Assembly: GCA_046290225.1 (NCBI GenBank)
Contig: JBKAGE010000036.1
Coordinates: 1 to 64,000 of the forward strand
Direction: 5' to 3'
DNA length: 64,000 bases
From: Bradymonadia bacterium
GTDB taxonomy: Bacteria > Myxococcota_A > Bradymonadia > UBA7976 > UBA1532
Made by a program: the position numbers and the translations under genes. The notes under the pieces were generated by a model, which was not told where the DNA came from, did no database searches, and worked only from the letters and a program-made list of their open reading frames with translations. Positions 27,500 through 36,823 of the stretch are shown piece after piece (position 1 is the first letter of the stretch; every line of letters begins with the position of its first letter).

Positions 27500-27832
27500 T
27501 TACTTGGCGGCCCGGGCGAGACTGCTGTGCAGGTTGAGCAGACGACCGGTGGACTGGCCGAGCAGCTTGCGACGGTAGTCGGCGTTGCCCTTGCCGGCGG
27601 TCTTGAGCTCGACGATTTTGTCGACGAGGGCCTCGCGGCTGCCGAACTTGTCGCGGAGGTTGTTCTCGCGGTGCCAGAGGCGGAGCAGCTTGGCGTTGCT
27701 CACGCGAACCAGGCGAGCCTTGAACTCGGCGTTGTCTTCCTCGGCGCCCTTGTCGAGCATGGGCAACAGTTTATCGACGAGGGCCTCCTTGGACCCGAAC
27801 TCGTTCTTGACCTGCTGAAGCGGGGTGGCCAT
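27500..27832 (-). CDS. Small basic helical hypothetical protein with internal duplication
   Basis: AAGGGAG RBS; FGSKEALVDKL and FGSREALVDKI repeats; strong codon bias. Confidence 0.85.
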   Translation of the reverse strand: MATPLQQVKNEFGSKEALVDKLLPMLDKGAEEDNAEFKARLVRVSNAKLLRLWHRENNLRDKFGSREALVDKIVELKTAGKGNADYRRKLLGQSTGRLLNLHSSLARAAK

Positions 27833-27949
27833 AGATGCTTGCTCCCTTGCTGTGGATGAAGATCTTCATCCGGTGTGGGCAGCGCCCTGGCAGGCGCCGC
27901 CAATGTTTCGCCACACGGTTGCCGTGGGCATGAAGTAAAAGGGACGCGC

Positions 27950-29599
27950 GTGATATCACAGCCTCGAAGCCTCGAGCAAGGCTTCACATCCCTCTGGTGG
28001 ACAACTTTTTGTCTGAGCCTCTCTCTCGGTTGCAGCTCTCCCTCCCCTGAGCCCGACGCAGCTCGCGTGCTCAAGGACGACAGAGGCCAAGCGACAGCGG
28101 ATGCTTCATCTGCCCCACGCCCAGGTGCCCCCCGCCAGGCTGGTCCCGGTGACCCAGGTGATGCAGGTGTCGATGCGGATCTCCTCGGCCGAGCGGGCAA
28201 CATCACTTTGTCTCTGGAGGGCTTCCAACGGGGTGTCGCCGAGGCCTGGGCTCTGCAGCACTGGCAGACAGGTCAGGCGCCGCCAGTAGAAGCGCTGAAT
28301 GCTGCCCAGCTGCGCCGTCGGATCGCGATCCAGCAGATGGAGTCACGGGTGGTCCGTCAGGCTGTCGCCGAGGCGAAGGTCGACGTGTCACCCAAGGCGG
28401 TGGATGCCTTGCTCGCCGATGCCCTCGCCGGACGCAAGCCTGGATCTCTCGATGGAGATCTGAGCCGCGGTGACGCCCTGCCTCCCGACGTGGACACCCG
28501 CCTGTCGGCACGGTTCGGCGTCGACGCTGAGCGGATCCGCTCTGTGGCTGCTGACCTGGTCTACGCCCATGCCTTCACGGCTCACCTGCTCAAGGAGACG
28601 CCCGAGGACGCGCTGCAGAAGCAATGGAGAGAGGCTGAGACCCGCGTCACCCTGGAGCTGGTGAAGGTGCCCCGAGTGCCCACCACCGACGAGATCACCG
28701 CAGCGGTCTCCTCTCGAGCCAGTGAGCTTCAGGGCTGGTACGACGGCCACCCCCGCTTGTTCAAGACGCCGGAGCGCCGTCGCGTGAGGGTGGTGATGTG
28801 CCCGGAGGGTCAGAGCGGGCAAGAGGCTGCAAACGCCCTACGCTCAAAGGTCATCGGCGGAGAGACGCTGGAGGCGGCGGCGAAGGCCTGGGGCGGGCAT
28901 CCTTCTGCGGAGCAGGGCGGTGTGCTGAAAACCGTAAGCAAAAAGCGCATGCCTGAAGCCTTCGCAGTACCCGTGGGTCAGCTCTCCGAAGTCGTCAAGC
29001 ACCCGCAGGGCTGGATGTTGTTCTTCGTGGAAGCGGAATACCCGGGCTCGGTCCGCCCGATCACCGACGGCAGGGTGCAGCGGGAGATCGCCGCAGCGAT
29101 CCTCCGCGAAGCAGATGACCTCCCTTCAGCCCAGCGGATGATCCAACGTGTGAAGCAGAGATTGTCCGAAAACGCATCGTTGCAGATGCTCGAGCGCCTC
29201 AAGACCATGGGGCGGCTTCGCTTCGAGCAGCCAAAGCCCTTTGCCCCCACCACAGGAGATCGCGTGCCTGGGCTTGGGCTTGCACCTGAGGTGGCTGCTG
29301 CGATGAAGTCCGCTCAGAAAGGCGCTGTGCTTGGCCCCTTCACGGTGCGACAAGACTATGTGGTGCTCAGGATCGTCGATCGCGTGGAGCCCGAAGCCAC
29401 GCTGTGGGCTCAGGCCAAAGCTGATTTCATCGCGCAGTGGCGTCGTCGGAAGGCGCCGAGGATGATCGACGAGTGGCTCGACAAAACGCTCAAGGGGCAG
29501 AAGCTCTTCGTGAACCAGGAGGTCATCGACAAGCTCTCCCTCGATGCAGTGACCCAGGGGCTGAACCTGCCGCCTCAGGTCAATTCAACTCCGCAATGA
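27950..29599 (+). CDS. SurA/PpiC-type peptidyl-prolyl isomerase-like lipoprotein
   Basis: LSLGC lipobox; TPERRRVRVV, SAEQGGVL, VGQLSEVVKHPQGW; divergent parvulin-like domains; start uncertain. Confidence 0.7.
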   Translation: MISQPRSLEQGFTSLWWTTFCLSLSLGCSSPSPEPDAARVLKDDRGQATADASSAPRPGAPRQAGPGDPGDAGVDADLLGRAGNITLSLEGFQRGVAEAWALQHWQTGQAPPVEALNAAQLRRRIAIQQMESRVVRQAVAEAKVDVSPKAVDALLADALAGRKPGSLDGDLSRGDALPPDVDTRLSARFGVDAERIRSVAADLVYAHAFTAHLLKETPEDALQKQWREAETRVTLELVKVPRVPTTDEITAAVSSRASELQGWYDGHPRLFKTPERRRVRVVMCPEGQSGQEAANALRSKVIGGETLEAAAKAWGGHPSAEQGGVLKTVSKKRMPEAFAVPVGQLSEVVKHPQGWMLFFVEAEYPGSVRPITDGRVQREIAAAILREADDLPSAQRMIQRVKQRLSENASLQMLERLKTMGRLRFEQPKPFAPTTGDRVPGLGLAPEVAAAMKSAQKGAVLGPFTVRQDYVVLRIVDRVEPEATLWAQAKADFIAQWRRRKAPRMIDEWLDKTLKGQKLFVNQEVIDKLSLDAVTQGLNLPPQVNSTPQ

Positions 29600-30395
29600 A
29601 GTCTTCTGCGTCCACCGCTTCCTGGCGATCGGGGTAGGCCTTGATCAAGGCGCTCGCCGTGGCCATGGCCTCGGCCCGGCGACCGAGGACCTCGTAGGTG
29701 CGAGCGAGCAGATAGGCCGCCTCGGACCAGTGCCGGGGCAAATCTTCACGGTAGGTGTTGTAGACGCCCTCGAGGCGCCCCACTGCAGAGAGGGGTCGCT
29801 TGTCCCGCAGATAGAACCGGGCCACGTAGAGTTCGTGATCAGCGAGCATGCCTTTGCAATCCCGCACGCGCTCGCGGGCTTCTGCGATGTCCTTCGACTC
29901 GGGGAACCGCTGCACGAACAGCTCCAGTGCTCGGAGTGCCTCGGTGGTGGCGCGCTGGTCCTTCTCGTGTGCCGGAGGAAACAGAATGAAGTCGCTGGGG
30001 ATCTGCTCGAAGTGGCTCAGGGCACGACGCCACATGGCGTAGTCCACCTTCTCGTGATTCGGGCGACTCTCCACGAAGGTGCCATAGGCCTGGATCGCCT
30101 CGGCGAACTTCTCCTGCTCGAAGTAGGCATCGGCAATGCGCAGCTCTGCCAGAGCGGCGAACTTGCTGTAGGGGTATTTGTTCTTCACGAAGGTGAACTG
30201 CCTGATCGCTTCCAGGTAGTCGCCATCGTCGAGGGCTTCTGCGCCCTGCTCATAGCTGTACCGTGCTGATCCGGCGTAGCTCTCGGGGGGCTTTCCGCGG
30301 CCACCACATGCGGTGAGAACCATCGACGAGCCAAGCAGAATCACCAGGGTGATCCACCCTCTCGAAAGCCAGTGTGTGCGGGTGTGGGAGGCCAT
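29580..30395 (-). CDS. bamD: Outer membrane protein assembly factor BamD
   Basis: LTAC lipobox; YPYSKFA..AELRIADAYF, RPNHEKVDYA, DQRAT, LADHELYVARFY. Confidence 0.92.
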   Translation of the reverse strand: MASHTRTHWLSRGWITLVILLGSSMVLTACGGRGKPPESYAGSARYSYEQGAEALDDGDYLEAIRQFTFVKNKYPYSKFAALAELRIADAYFEQEKFAEAIQAYGTFVESRPNHEKVDYAMWRRALSHFEQIPSDFILFPPAHEKDQRATTEALRALELFVQRFPESKDIAEARERVRDCKGMLADHELYVARFYLRDKRPLSAVGRLEGVYNTYREDLPRHWSEAAYLLARTYEVLGRRAEAMATASALIKAYPDRQEAVDAEDFIAELN

Positions 30396-30554
30396 GCCGT
30401 CGCCCTCAACGTGCAAGTGGTGTTTGACCGATGTCGGCCCGGTTGTGTACCAAAGCGAACGCGCTCTTGCGAGTTGCGATTCCATCAAATGCGCTGTTCA
30501 CGTGATTCGATCACGCCGCGCACCGAATTCGGGAGTGCCCCTGTGCGACGTCGA

Positions 30555-32549
30555 ATGATGCTCTTCGGCCTCCGGCAATGTCCTGCCATACTTGGTCCTG
30601 GTGTTCTGGGTCCTGGTGTTCTGGGTCCTGGCGTTCTGGGCCCTGCTGTCCTGGGCTGTCTACTCCTGGCCACCTCTGCAAGCGCCTATGTCACCCTCGA
30701 CGGAGATCGCTCTGCGTGGTCCAACAGCCCGACCTATCGCATCATCAACCGCTCCCCCGACGTGGCCGCCGCAGCTTCAGACCAGGCGGTGCGGGCATCG
30801 TTCACGGTCTGGAACGATGTGCCCCGCGGCAACCTCAACATGCGCGAGGTGAACGGCGGCGGTGACATCACGGTGGAGTTCATCTCTCAAGGCTGGCCGC
30901 CGGAGGTGGGCCCTGGTGCCGCTGGGGTGACCTACACCGAGCGCGCCCGCGGTGAGATCTTCCGGGCCACGATTTTGATCAACAATGTGAACTTCGACTG
31001 GGCCACGGACGGCAACGCGACCGACGCCGACATCCAGGGGGTGACCACCCACGAGGTGGGTCACGCCATCGGTCTGGGTCACAGCCGCACCCGTGAGGCC
31101 ACCATGTACTGGTCCGGCGGCGATGTTCAGCTGCGGGATCTGCATCCTGACGACGAGCGCGGCATACGGTTCCTCTACGGCGCCTCTGGCGAAGGGCTGG
31201 TCTGCGACACCTGCCTGGGGCCCGATGACTGCGCCGCTGGGGGGATCTGCATCCAGTTGGAAGATCGACGGGCCTTCTGTGGGCAGGCCTGCGGCGCCAA
31301 CAACAGCTGCCCTGAGGGCTCGAGCTGTCGTGGCCTCCAGGGCGGAGGTGAGCAGTGTGTGCCCGACGAGCTGTTCTGCTCCGACGACGCCGGCACCGGC
31401 ACCTTGGGTCAAGGTGACTACTGTTGGGGCGCTGCTCAGTGTGCAGCGGGCCTCGATTGTCTGCCCTTCCCTGACGGCCCCACCATCTGTACTCGACAGT
31501 GTCGCAGTGACCGGGACTGTGACGATGGCCTGACCTGCCTGAACGGCGCCCCGGGCAGCCAGGGTTTCTGCATTCCCTCTGGTGAGGGCACCATCGGGGA
31601 TCCCTGTGGGGGCGGCACCGACTGCGCCTCGCTGCTCTGCGTGCCGGTGAGCGAAGAAGAGTCCATCTGCTCTGACGACTGCAACCCCAACGCCGACAAC
31701 TGCCCCAACGGCAGCTTCTGTGTCGAGGTGGACGGCGTTGAAGGCATCGACGGGCTGTGCATTCCCTCAGGCAGCGTGCCTGAAGGCGGCAACTGTGCCG
31801 AGGAGCGCTGCGCCCAGGGTTTGCAATGCTTCAACCTTGGCGATGATCTGTTCCGCTGCCTGCGCACCTGCGACGATCGCGATCCTGACAGCTGCGGCCC
31901 TGGCCTCTCCTGCCTCGATGCCGACGGCAACCAGGGCAACCTCGGCATCTGCCCCCCGGGCGATGCTCGCTTTGGTGAGGCCTGCGAGAGTGGCCTCGAC
32001 TGCGGCTCCTTCATCTGCATCGGTGACGGCAACGGCGGTGGCGTCTGCTCTCAGGACTGCAGCGCCGTCAACCCCTGCCCCGACAACTGGCGCTGCCAGA
32101 ACACGATCAATGGAGGCGCCACCTGCTTCCCGCCGAACGAGCCCGTGGGTGGCGCTGGCGGTGGTGGTGGCACAGGTGGTGGTGCAGGCGGTGCCGGTGG
32201 CAATGCAGGTGCTGGCGGCGGCAACGCAGGCGCCGGCGGTGCTGGTGGCGGTAACGCAGGTGCAGGTGGGGCCGGCGGTGGTGCAGGAGGCGCTGGTGGC
32301 GGCAATGCAGGTGCTGGTGGCGGCAACGCAGGTGCCGGAGGTGGTGCAGGTGGCGCCCCCGTCGGTGGTGGCGTCGGCGGTGGCGCTGGTGATCCGGGCA
32401 GCTTCGATGGTGGCGTCGAGGGGGGTGTCGTACGCAGGAACGAGGGTGGCGGAGGCGGCGGCTGCATGGCTATGCCGGCCAGAGCCAACCCCTGGTCCCT
32501 CGCCCTTTTGCTGGTCAGTTTGGGCGCCGTGCTGCGGCGCCGGCGGTGA
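30555..32549 (+). CDS. Matrixin-family (M10) zinc metalloprotease with Cys-rich repeats and MYXO-CTERM-like tail
   Basis: HEVGHAIGLGHS plus Met-turn ATMY; Cys repeats; Gly/Ala linker; GGGC + TM + RRRR. Confidence 0.9.
   Translation: MMLFGLRQCPAILGPGVLGPGVLGPGVLGPAVLGCLLLATSASAYVTLDGDRSAWSNSPTYRIINRSPDVAAAASDQAVRASFTVWNDVPRGNLNMREVNGGGDITVEFISQGWPPEVGPGAAGVTYTERARGEIFRATILINNVNFDWATDGNATDADIQGVTTHEVGHAIGLGHSRTREATMYWSGGDVQLRDLHPDDERGIRFLYGASGEGLVCDTCLGPDDCAAGGICIQLEDRRAFCGQACGANNSCPEGSSCRGLQGGGEQCVPDELFCSDDAGTGTLGQGDYCWGAAQCAAGLDCLPFPDGPTICTRQCRSDRDCDDGLTCLNGAPGSQGFCIPSGEGTIGDPCGGGTDCASLLCVPVSEEESICSDDCNPNADNCPNGSFCVEVDGVEGIDGLCIPSGSVPEGGNCAEERCAQGLQCFNLGDDLFRCLRTCDDRDPDSCGPGLSCLDADGNQGNLGICPPGDARFGEACESGLDCGSFICIGDGNGGGVCSQDCSAVNPCPDNWRCQNTINGGATCFPPNEPVGGAGGGGGTGGGAGGAGGNAGAGGGNAGAGGAGGGNAGAGGAGGGAGGAGGGNAGAGGGNAGAGGGAGGAPVGGGVGGGAGDPGSFDGGVEGGVVRRNEGGGGGGCMAMPARANPWSLALLLVSLGAVLRRRR
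30591..30656 (+). repeat. 15-bp tandem repeat encoding LGP(G/A)V x4 in the signal region
   Basis: CTTGGTCCTGGTGTT, CTGGGTCCTGGTGTT, CTGGGTCCTGGCGTT, CTGGGCCCTGCTGTC. Confidence 0.88.
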
Positions 32550-33199
32550 ATGCACACTCTGCAGTGAGGGTCCAGGTCCACACAGCAGGCGAATCTCTGG
32601 AGGCGATCTTGAGCCGATTCTCTCTCAACTCGATTCTGCTCGGCGCTCTGATGTGCGCCCCAGCCGTCGTACACCTCGCGCCCCAGCAGGCCGATGCCAC
32701 GGTGATGAAGGCGCTGTCTCTCGATCAGATGGTGAAGCAGTCGGACGTCATCGTGCGCGGTGAGGTCGTGGCCCAGCACAGCGCGTGGAACGAGGCGGGC
32801 AACCGCATCTACACCGTCACTGAGCTGAAGGTGATGGAGCCCCTCAAAGGGCAGGCCACCTCAGAGACGATCATCAAGATCAGGCAGCTCGGCGGCACTG
32901 TGGACGGCATCACCCAGAACATCGCTGGCAACGCGCTGCTCTCTACAGGAGAAGAGGTGGCGATCTTCCTCAGGGCTGATGCTGAGAAGTCGCTGCACTA
33001 TGTGGTGGGTATGGCCCAGGGCAAATACACCATCGACCGCTCGAGCGGGACGCCGATGGTGGTGCGCCAGATGCACGGTCTGAGCTTCACCCGTCCAGGT
33101 GTGAAGACCCTCGCCGACGCCCCCAAGCCCACGGGCAAGACCACCTCGTGGGCCGATCTGAAGGCCCAGATTACGGCAGCTCAGGCACCACCACGCTGA
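32546..33199 (+). CDS. Secreted hypothetical protein coupled to the metalloprotease
   Basis: GTGA overlap; signal peptide; LSLDQMVKQSDVIVRGEV, IYT, QLGG, GEEVAIFL, VGMAQGKY; start may be later. Confidence 0.8.
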   Translation: MNAHSAVRVQVHTAGESLEAILSRFSLNSILLGALMCAPAVVHLAPQQADATVMKALSLDQMVKQSDVIVRGEVVAQHSAWNEAGNRIYTVTELKVMEPLKGQATSETIIKIRQLGGTVDGITQNIAGNALLSTGEEVAIFLRADAEKSLHYVVGMAQGKYTIDRSSGTPMVVRQMHGLSFTRPGVKTLADAPKPTGKTTSWADLKAQITAAQAPPR

Positions 33200-34025
33200 T
33201 CTCCGCCTCGCAGGCTTCACCGAAAGCCGGGCGGCCTGTGACCTTGAGCCGCCTGATCCCGGGCGCCACCGTCACCGGGCGGAAGGCCCCCTCCCCTGCC
33301 GAAACCGCAGAGACGTCCACCTCTTCGTCATCGACGCTGAGCACGACAGGGATGTCTGCCTGCAGATCAGTCTCCACCTGTACGGTGATCTGGAACCCTG
33401 CCTGAGCGGCACCATCGTCCTCGGCGGTGAGCCGCTGCTCCGCGAGAGGGCGGACGATGTCGACAAAGCAGCCCTGAGGGCCCATGTCCGGACCCTCTTC
33501 CACACGTGGAGGCACGAACGTCACTGATGGGCAGCGCTCTGCGACGTGCGTGGTCAGTTCAGCATACGCCTCGGCAGGCCGCTCGCGTGTCTCCGACAAA
33601 GCCTGCCGCCACTGGGCAACCTCACCCGCGCAAGGTGGATAGACAGTGTGGAGCGTATCCTGGGTGTAGAGGAGCACCACCCACCACCCTTCTTGCCCGG
33701 TCATATCGAGATCGAGCAGCACATCGGCTTCGGTGATGAACGCCGAGGTCTCCGGTGCATCGATCAATGGAGAGACCAGAGGCGCCCCTTCGAGCATGTT
33801 CGGATCGCCGAAGAACAACATCACTTCACCCCGAAGGGGTTCAGAGAGCGACCGGTTGGTGAGCACTTGCACCCGATGCGGGCCGGGGATCTCCACCTCG
33901 CCGAGGGGTCCCTCCACGTCGAGGATGCGCAGTCCCTCTTCGGCATCATCTCCACAGCCACCCGACACCACTGTGCTGGTGAGGGCGAGGGACAAGAGCA
34001 CAGGTGAGAGAAGGTGGCGAGTCAC
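33171..34025 (-). CDS. Hypothetical lipoprotein
   Basis: SGGC lipobox-like end of hydrophobic leader; C-terminal Ig-like strands. Confidence 0.65.
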   Translation of the reverse strand: MTRHLLSPVLLSLALTSTVVSGGCGDDAEEGLRILDVEGPLGEVEIPGPHRVQVLTNRSLSEPLRGEVMLFFGDPNMLEGAPLVSPLIDAPETSAFITEADVLLDLDMTGQEGWWVVLLYTQDTLHTVYPPCAGEVAQWRQALSETRERPAEAYAELTTHVAERCPSVTFVPPRVEEGPDMGPQGCFVDIVRPLAEQRLTAEDDGAAQAGFQITVQVETDLQADIPVVLSVDDEEVDVSAVSAGEGAFRPVTVAPGIRRLKVTGRPAFGEACEAEISVVVPELP

Positions 34026-34170
34026 GGGGTCTCCTCGATGCAGGCTCGATGAAGGTGGGGCAGATGGCGGGTATGTGTCAATCCGCCCCAGGGTGTTGCG
34101 GTGATTCGTTGCCTCTCCGTACTCGCCGGAGGTATAACCTCGCCCCCGCCATCGACGTCCGGAGAGCCCG

Positions 34171-35856
34171 GTGACCCCTGCAGATCAGGCCCCCATCGCC
34201 CAGCATCTCGCCCGCGCCCTCGCTCGGGCCCTCGCCCCGGAGCGCAAGGTGCTCCTGGCCCACGAGACCTTCGACACCTTGCAGCACATGGCCGAGGCCG
34301 AGGTGAAGGAGTTGGTCCTCGTGGAGCCCAGCCTCGATGGCGACATGCCTGCAGGGCAGACCGCCCACGGCGCCCCTCTGCGCATGCGGCCCGACTGGCG
34401 TGAGCGCCCATCGTCGAAGGATCTCATCCTCGACGTCGAAGGGGGCATGCCTGCAGAGCAGGTCACCCGACTCTTGAAGAAGGCCGGCCTCTACGTCACC
34501 ACTGTCGCGGCACCAGCCCTCGAAGCTCTGCCCCACGTGACCACGCTGCACGGCGCCGCGCTCTCGGGGTGGGCCGTGGGCGGAGATGCTCACGCAGGCG
34601 ATGTTCAAGTGGACGACCTGCGCTCGGAGGGCATCGCCCACGACGATCAGGCGCCTGTGATCTATGTGGCAGGCAAGCTGCCCATCGATGATCTCACCGG
34701 TGTGGCCTGGGTGGGCGCAGGGGGTGAGGCCGACGCGCTTCGCGAGGCGTTGCGAGAGGCTCAGGCAGCCCGCGCTGATGCAGAGGGCCTTGTGGCCACT
34801 CGCGATGGCGAACTCGATGCCGCTCGGGCACGGCTGGCCGAACAAGAGGCCGAGCTGGAGCGCCTCCGTACACGGGTTGCTGCAGCGGAAGGCGGCATCG
34901 CCGAGGCAGAGGCCACCGCAGAGGCCGCTACACAAGAGCTGGCCGAGCGCCGGATCCGCGATCGTCGCGTCGATCTGGCTGAGGCCCGCTTCGATCAGGC
35001 ACGGGCCAGCCTGCAGACGGAGATCGATGGCCTGCGAGAGCGGCTGCGGGCCGCCGAGCCCGAGGGGGCAGATCGGATGGCCCTCGCCGCCGCCCGAGAC
35101 ATGGCCCGAGGCAGCTGGGATCGACTCGCAGGCGTCATTCAAGGGGCCATGGGCGATCTCGGCGTGGCCCTCGGTCGCACGGCACCGCCGCCACCTCCCC
35201 CCGCTGGGGCCGAGCCGCCACTGCTCGAGGCCTGGATCGAGCTTGTGGGCACTCAGCTCACTGCCCTCACAGAAGAAGCGCAGGCACGAGGCGCGCGGTT
35301 GACCACCACCTCCGAAGCCCTCACAGCCGCCGAGGCCAGTGTCGCTGCGCAACGAGAGACGCTCGCCGCCTTGAGCACAGATACGCAGGCGGCCCCGGCT
35401 CTGACCATCGACCTGCCTGATCTCGACGCCGCTCGCCGGGTCAAGGCCCTGGAAGAAGCCCTCGCCCAGGAGCGGGCTCTCCGAGCCACCCTCGACGACG
35501 AGCAACTGCGCGCCCGGCAAACCGTGCATCACGTGGCCAGCGCCCTCCAGAGCGCCCGCAGCCAGCTCGCCGAGGCCCGAGCCGCCGGCGCCCGGGCCCG
35601 CCTTGGTCAGGCACAGGCAGAGTCGCAGGCAGCACTCTCCAAGACAGAGGCCGAAGATCGCACCCGACAGATCGCCGATCTCGAGGCCATGGTGGGCACC
35701 TACCGTCAGATGCTCGGCCTCGTCTCTCAGGGGCTCGCACACGCGGAGCAGGACCGCACTCAGGCCCAGACCGAGCTGGCGGCGACCGCCGAGAACCTCC
35801 GGATTCTTCAAGGGGAATTCGAACGCCATCGCGCCCAGGCCGCATCTGCGGATTGA
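34171..35856 (+). CDS. Long coiled-coil protein with globular N-terminal domain
   Basis: A/E/R/L heptad-rich from about residue 185; host codon bias. Confidence 0.75.
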   Translation: MTPADQAPIAQHLARALARALAPERKVLLAHETFDTLQHMAEAEVKELVLVEPSLDGDMPAGQTAHGAPLRMRPDWRERPSSKDLILDVEGGMPAEQVTRLLKKAGLYVTTVAAPALEALPHVTTLHGAALSGWAVGGDAHAGDVQVDDLRSEGIAHDDQAPVIYVAGKLPIDDLTGVAWVGAGGEADALREALREAQAARADAEGLVATRDGELDAARARLAEQEAELERLRTRVAAAEGGIAEAEATAEAATQELAERRIRDRRVDLAEARFDQARASLQTEIDGLRERLRAAEPEGADRMALAAARDMARGSWDRLAGVIQGAMGDLGVALGRTAPPPPPPAGAEPPLLEAWIELVGTQLTALTEEAQARGARLTTTSEALTAAEASVAAQRETLAALSTDTQAAPALTIDLPDLDAARRVKALEEALAQERALRATLDDEQLRARQTVHHVASALQSARSQLAEARAAGARARLGQAQAESQAALSKTEAEDRTRQIADLEAMVGTYRQMLGLVSQGLAHAEQDRTQAQTELAATAENLRILQGEFERHRAQAASAD

Positions 35857-35887
35857 AAACCACACGGTTGAGTAGGAAAATGCCGGC

Positions 35888-36343
35888 ATGAAGCTTTCCA
35901 CTCGATGCCGGTACGCCACCCTCGCACTCTTCGACATCGCCTTTCACGCCGGCGATGCCCCCACTCAAGTCAGACAGATCGCCGAGCGGCAGGACATCCC
36001 CCTACGGTTCCTGGAGCAGATCTTTCAGGATCTCAAACGGGCCAACCTCGTAGAAGGCAAGCGAGGTCGAAAGGGGGGCTACCAGCTCAGCCTGCCGCCA
36101 AGCGAGATCTCTGTGGGTGACATCGTTCGGGCCACGGAAGGGCCCATCGAGGCCTGCCTCGGCGCCGACGACACCCCCGACGGTCCTCCTGTGAACGGTC
36201 GGGACATCTGCGCTCTGGCGTGGATGGAGATCACCGAGCAAGTGGCCGTCATCTTCGACAACCTCTCTCTGGCTCAGCTCGTCCACCGCGCCCAGGCCGC
36301 AGGCATCACCCGCGATGTAGCGGGCTACATGTACTTCATCTAG
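35888..36343 (+). CDS. Rrf2-family regulator (IscR/CymR-like)
   Basis: MKLSTRCRYA, IAERQDIPLRFLEQIF, KRGRKGGYQL, C-terminal YMYFI. Confidence 0.93.
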   Translation: MKLSTRCRYATLALFDIAFHAGDAPTQVRQIAERQDIPLRFLEQIFQDLKRANLVEGKRGRKGGYQLSLPPSEISVGDIVRATEGPIEACLGADDTPDGPPVNGRDICALAWMEITEQVAVIFDNLSLAQLVHRAQAAGITRDVAGYMYFI

Positions 36344-36823
36344 ATGGTGCAGATGATCCCCTGGTCTGTCGAAGAGCATGCTTCGCTCTGGAGCGAGATG
36401 ACGCGCCACGCCAGTGCCGGCTGGCCAGAAGAGGTGTGTGGTGTCGTCTCGCAGGATCGCGCTGACACCCTCCGCGTTCACCTGGGTGTCAACAACGCCT
36501 CGATGCCGCGTGCCGCCTTCGATCTGGCAGCAGGGCTTCTGCTCGACCTCGCCCGCCATGGGCGTCGACCCGTCGCGTTCTTTCACAGCCACCCTGATGC
36601 AGCGCCTGTGATGAGCGCGGCAGATCACCACGCAGCGGTCCTCGACGGCGAGCCGATCTGGCCGGGGGTGGATCACATCATCATCTCCGTGTACAACCGC
36701 CGGCCGCGCGCGCTCATCATCCATCGGTGGTCTCAGAGTCATCGACGACATCGGCCACTGCTGACCATCGATCTCGAGTCCGCGCCTATGAACATCCCTC
36801 AGCCCTCGGTCCCTCGCCCATGA
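36344..36823 (+). CDS. JAB/MPN (Mov34) metalloisopeptidase
   Basis: PEEVCG and intact HSHP-x6-S-x2-D JAMM motif; starts immediately after the Rrf2 stop. Confidence 0.88.
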   Translation: MVQMIPWSVEEHASLWSEMTRHASAGWPEEVCGVVSQDRADTLRVHLGVNNASMPRAAFDLAAGLLLDLARHGRRPVAFFHSHPDAAPVMSAADHHAAVLDGEPIWPGVDHIIISVYNRRPRALIIHRWSQSHRRHRPLLTIDLESAPMNIPQPSVPRP

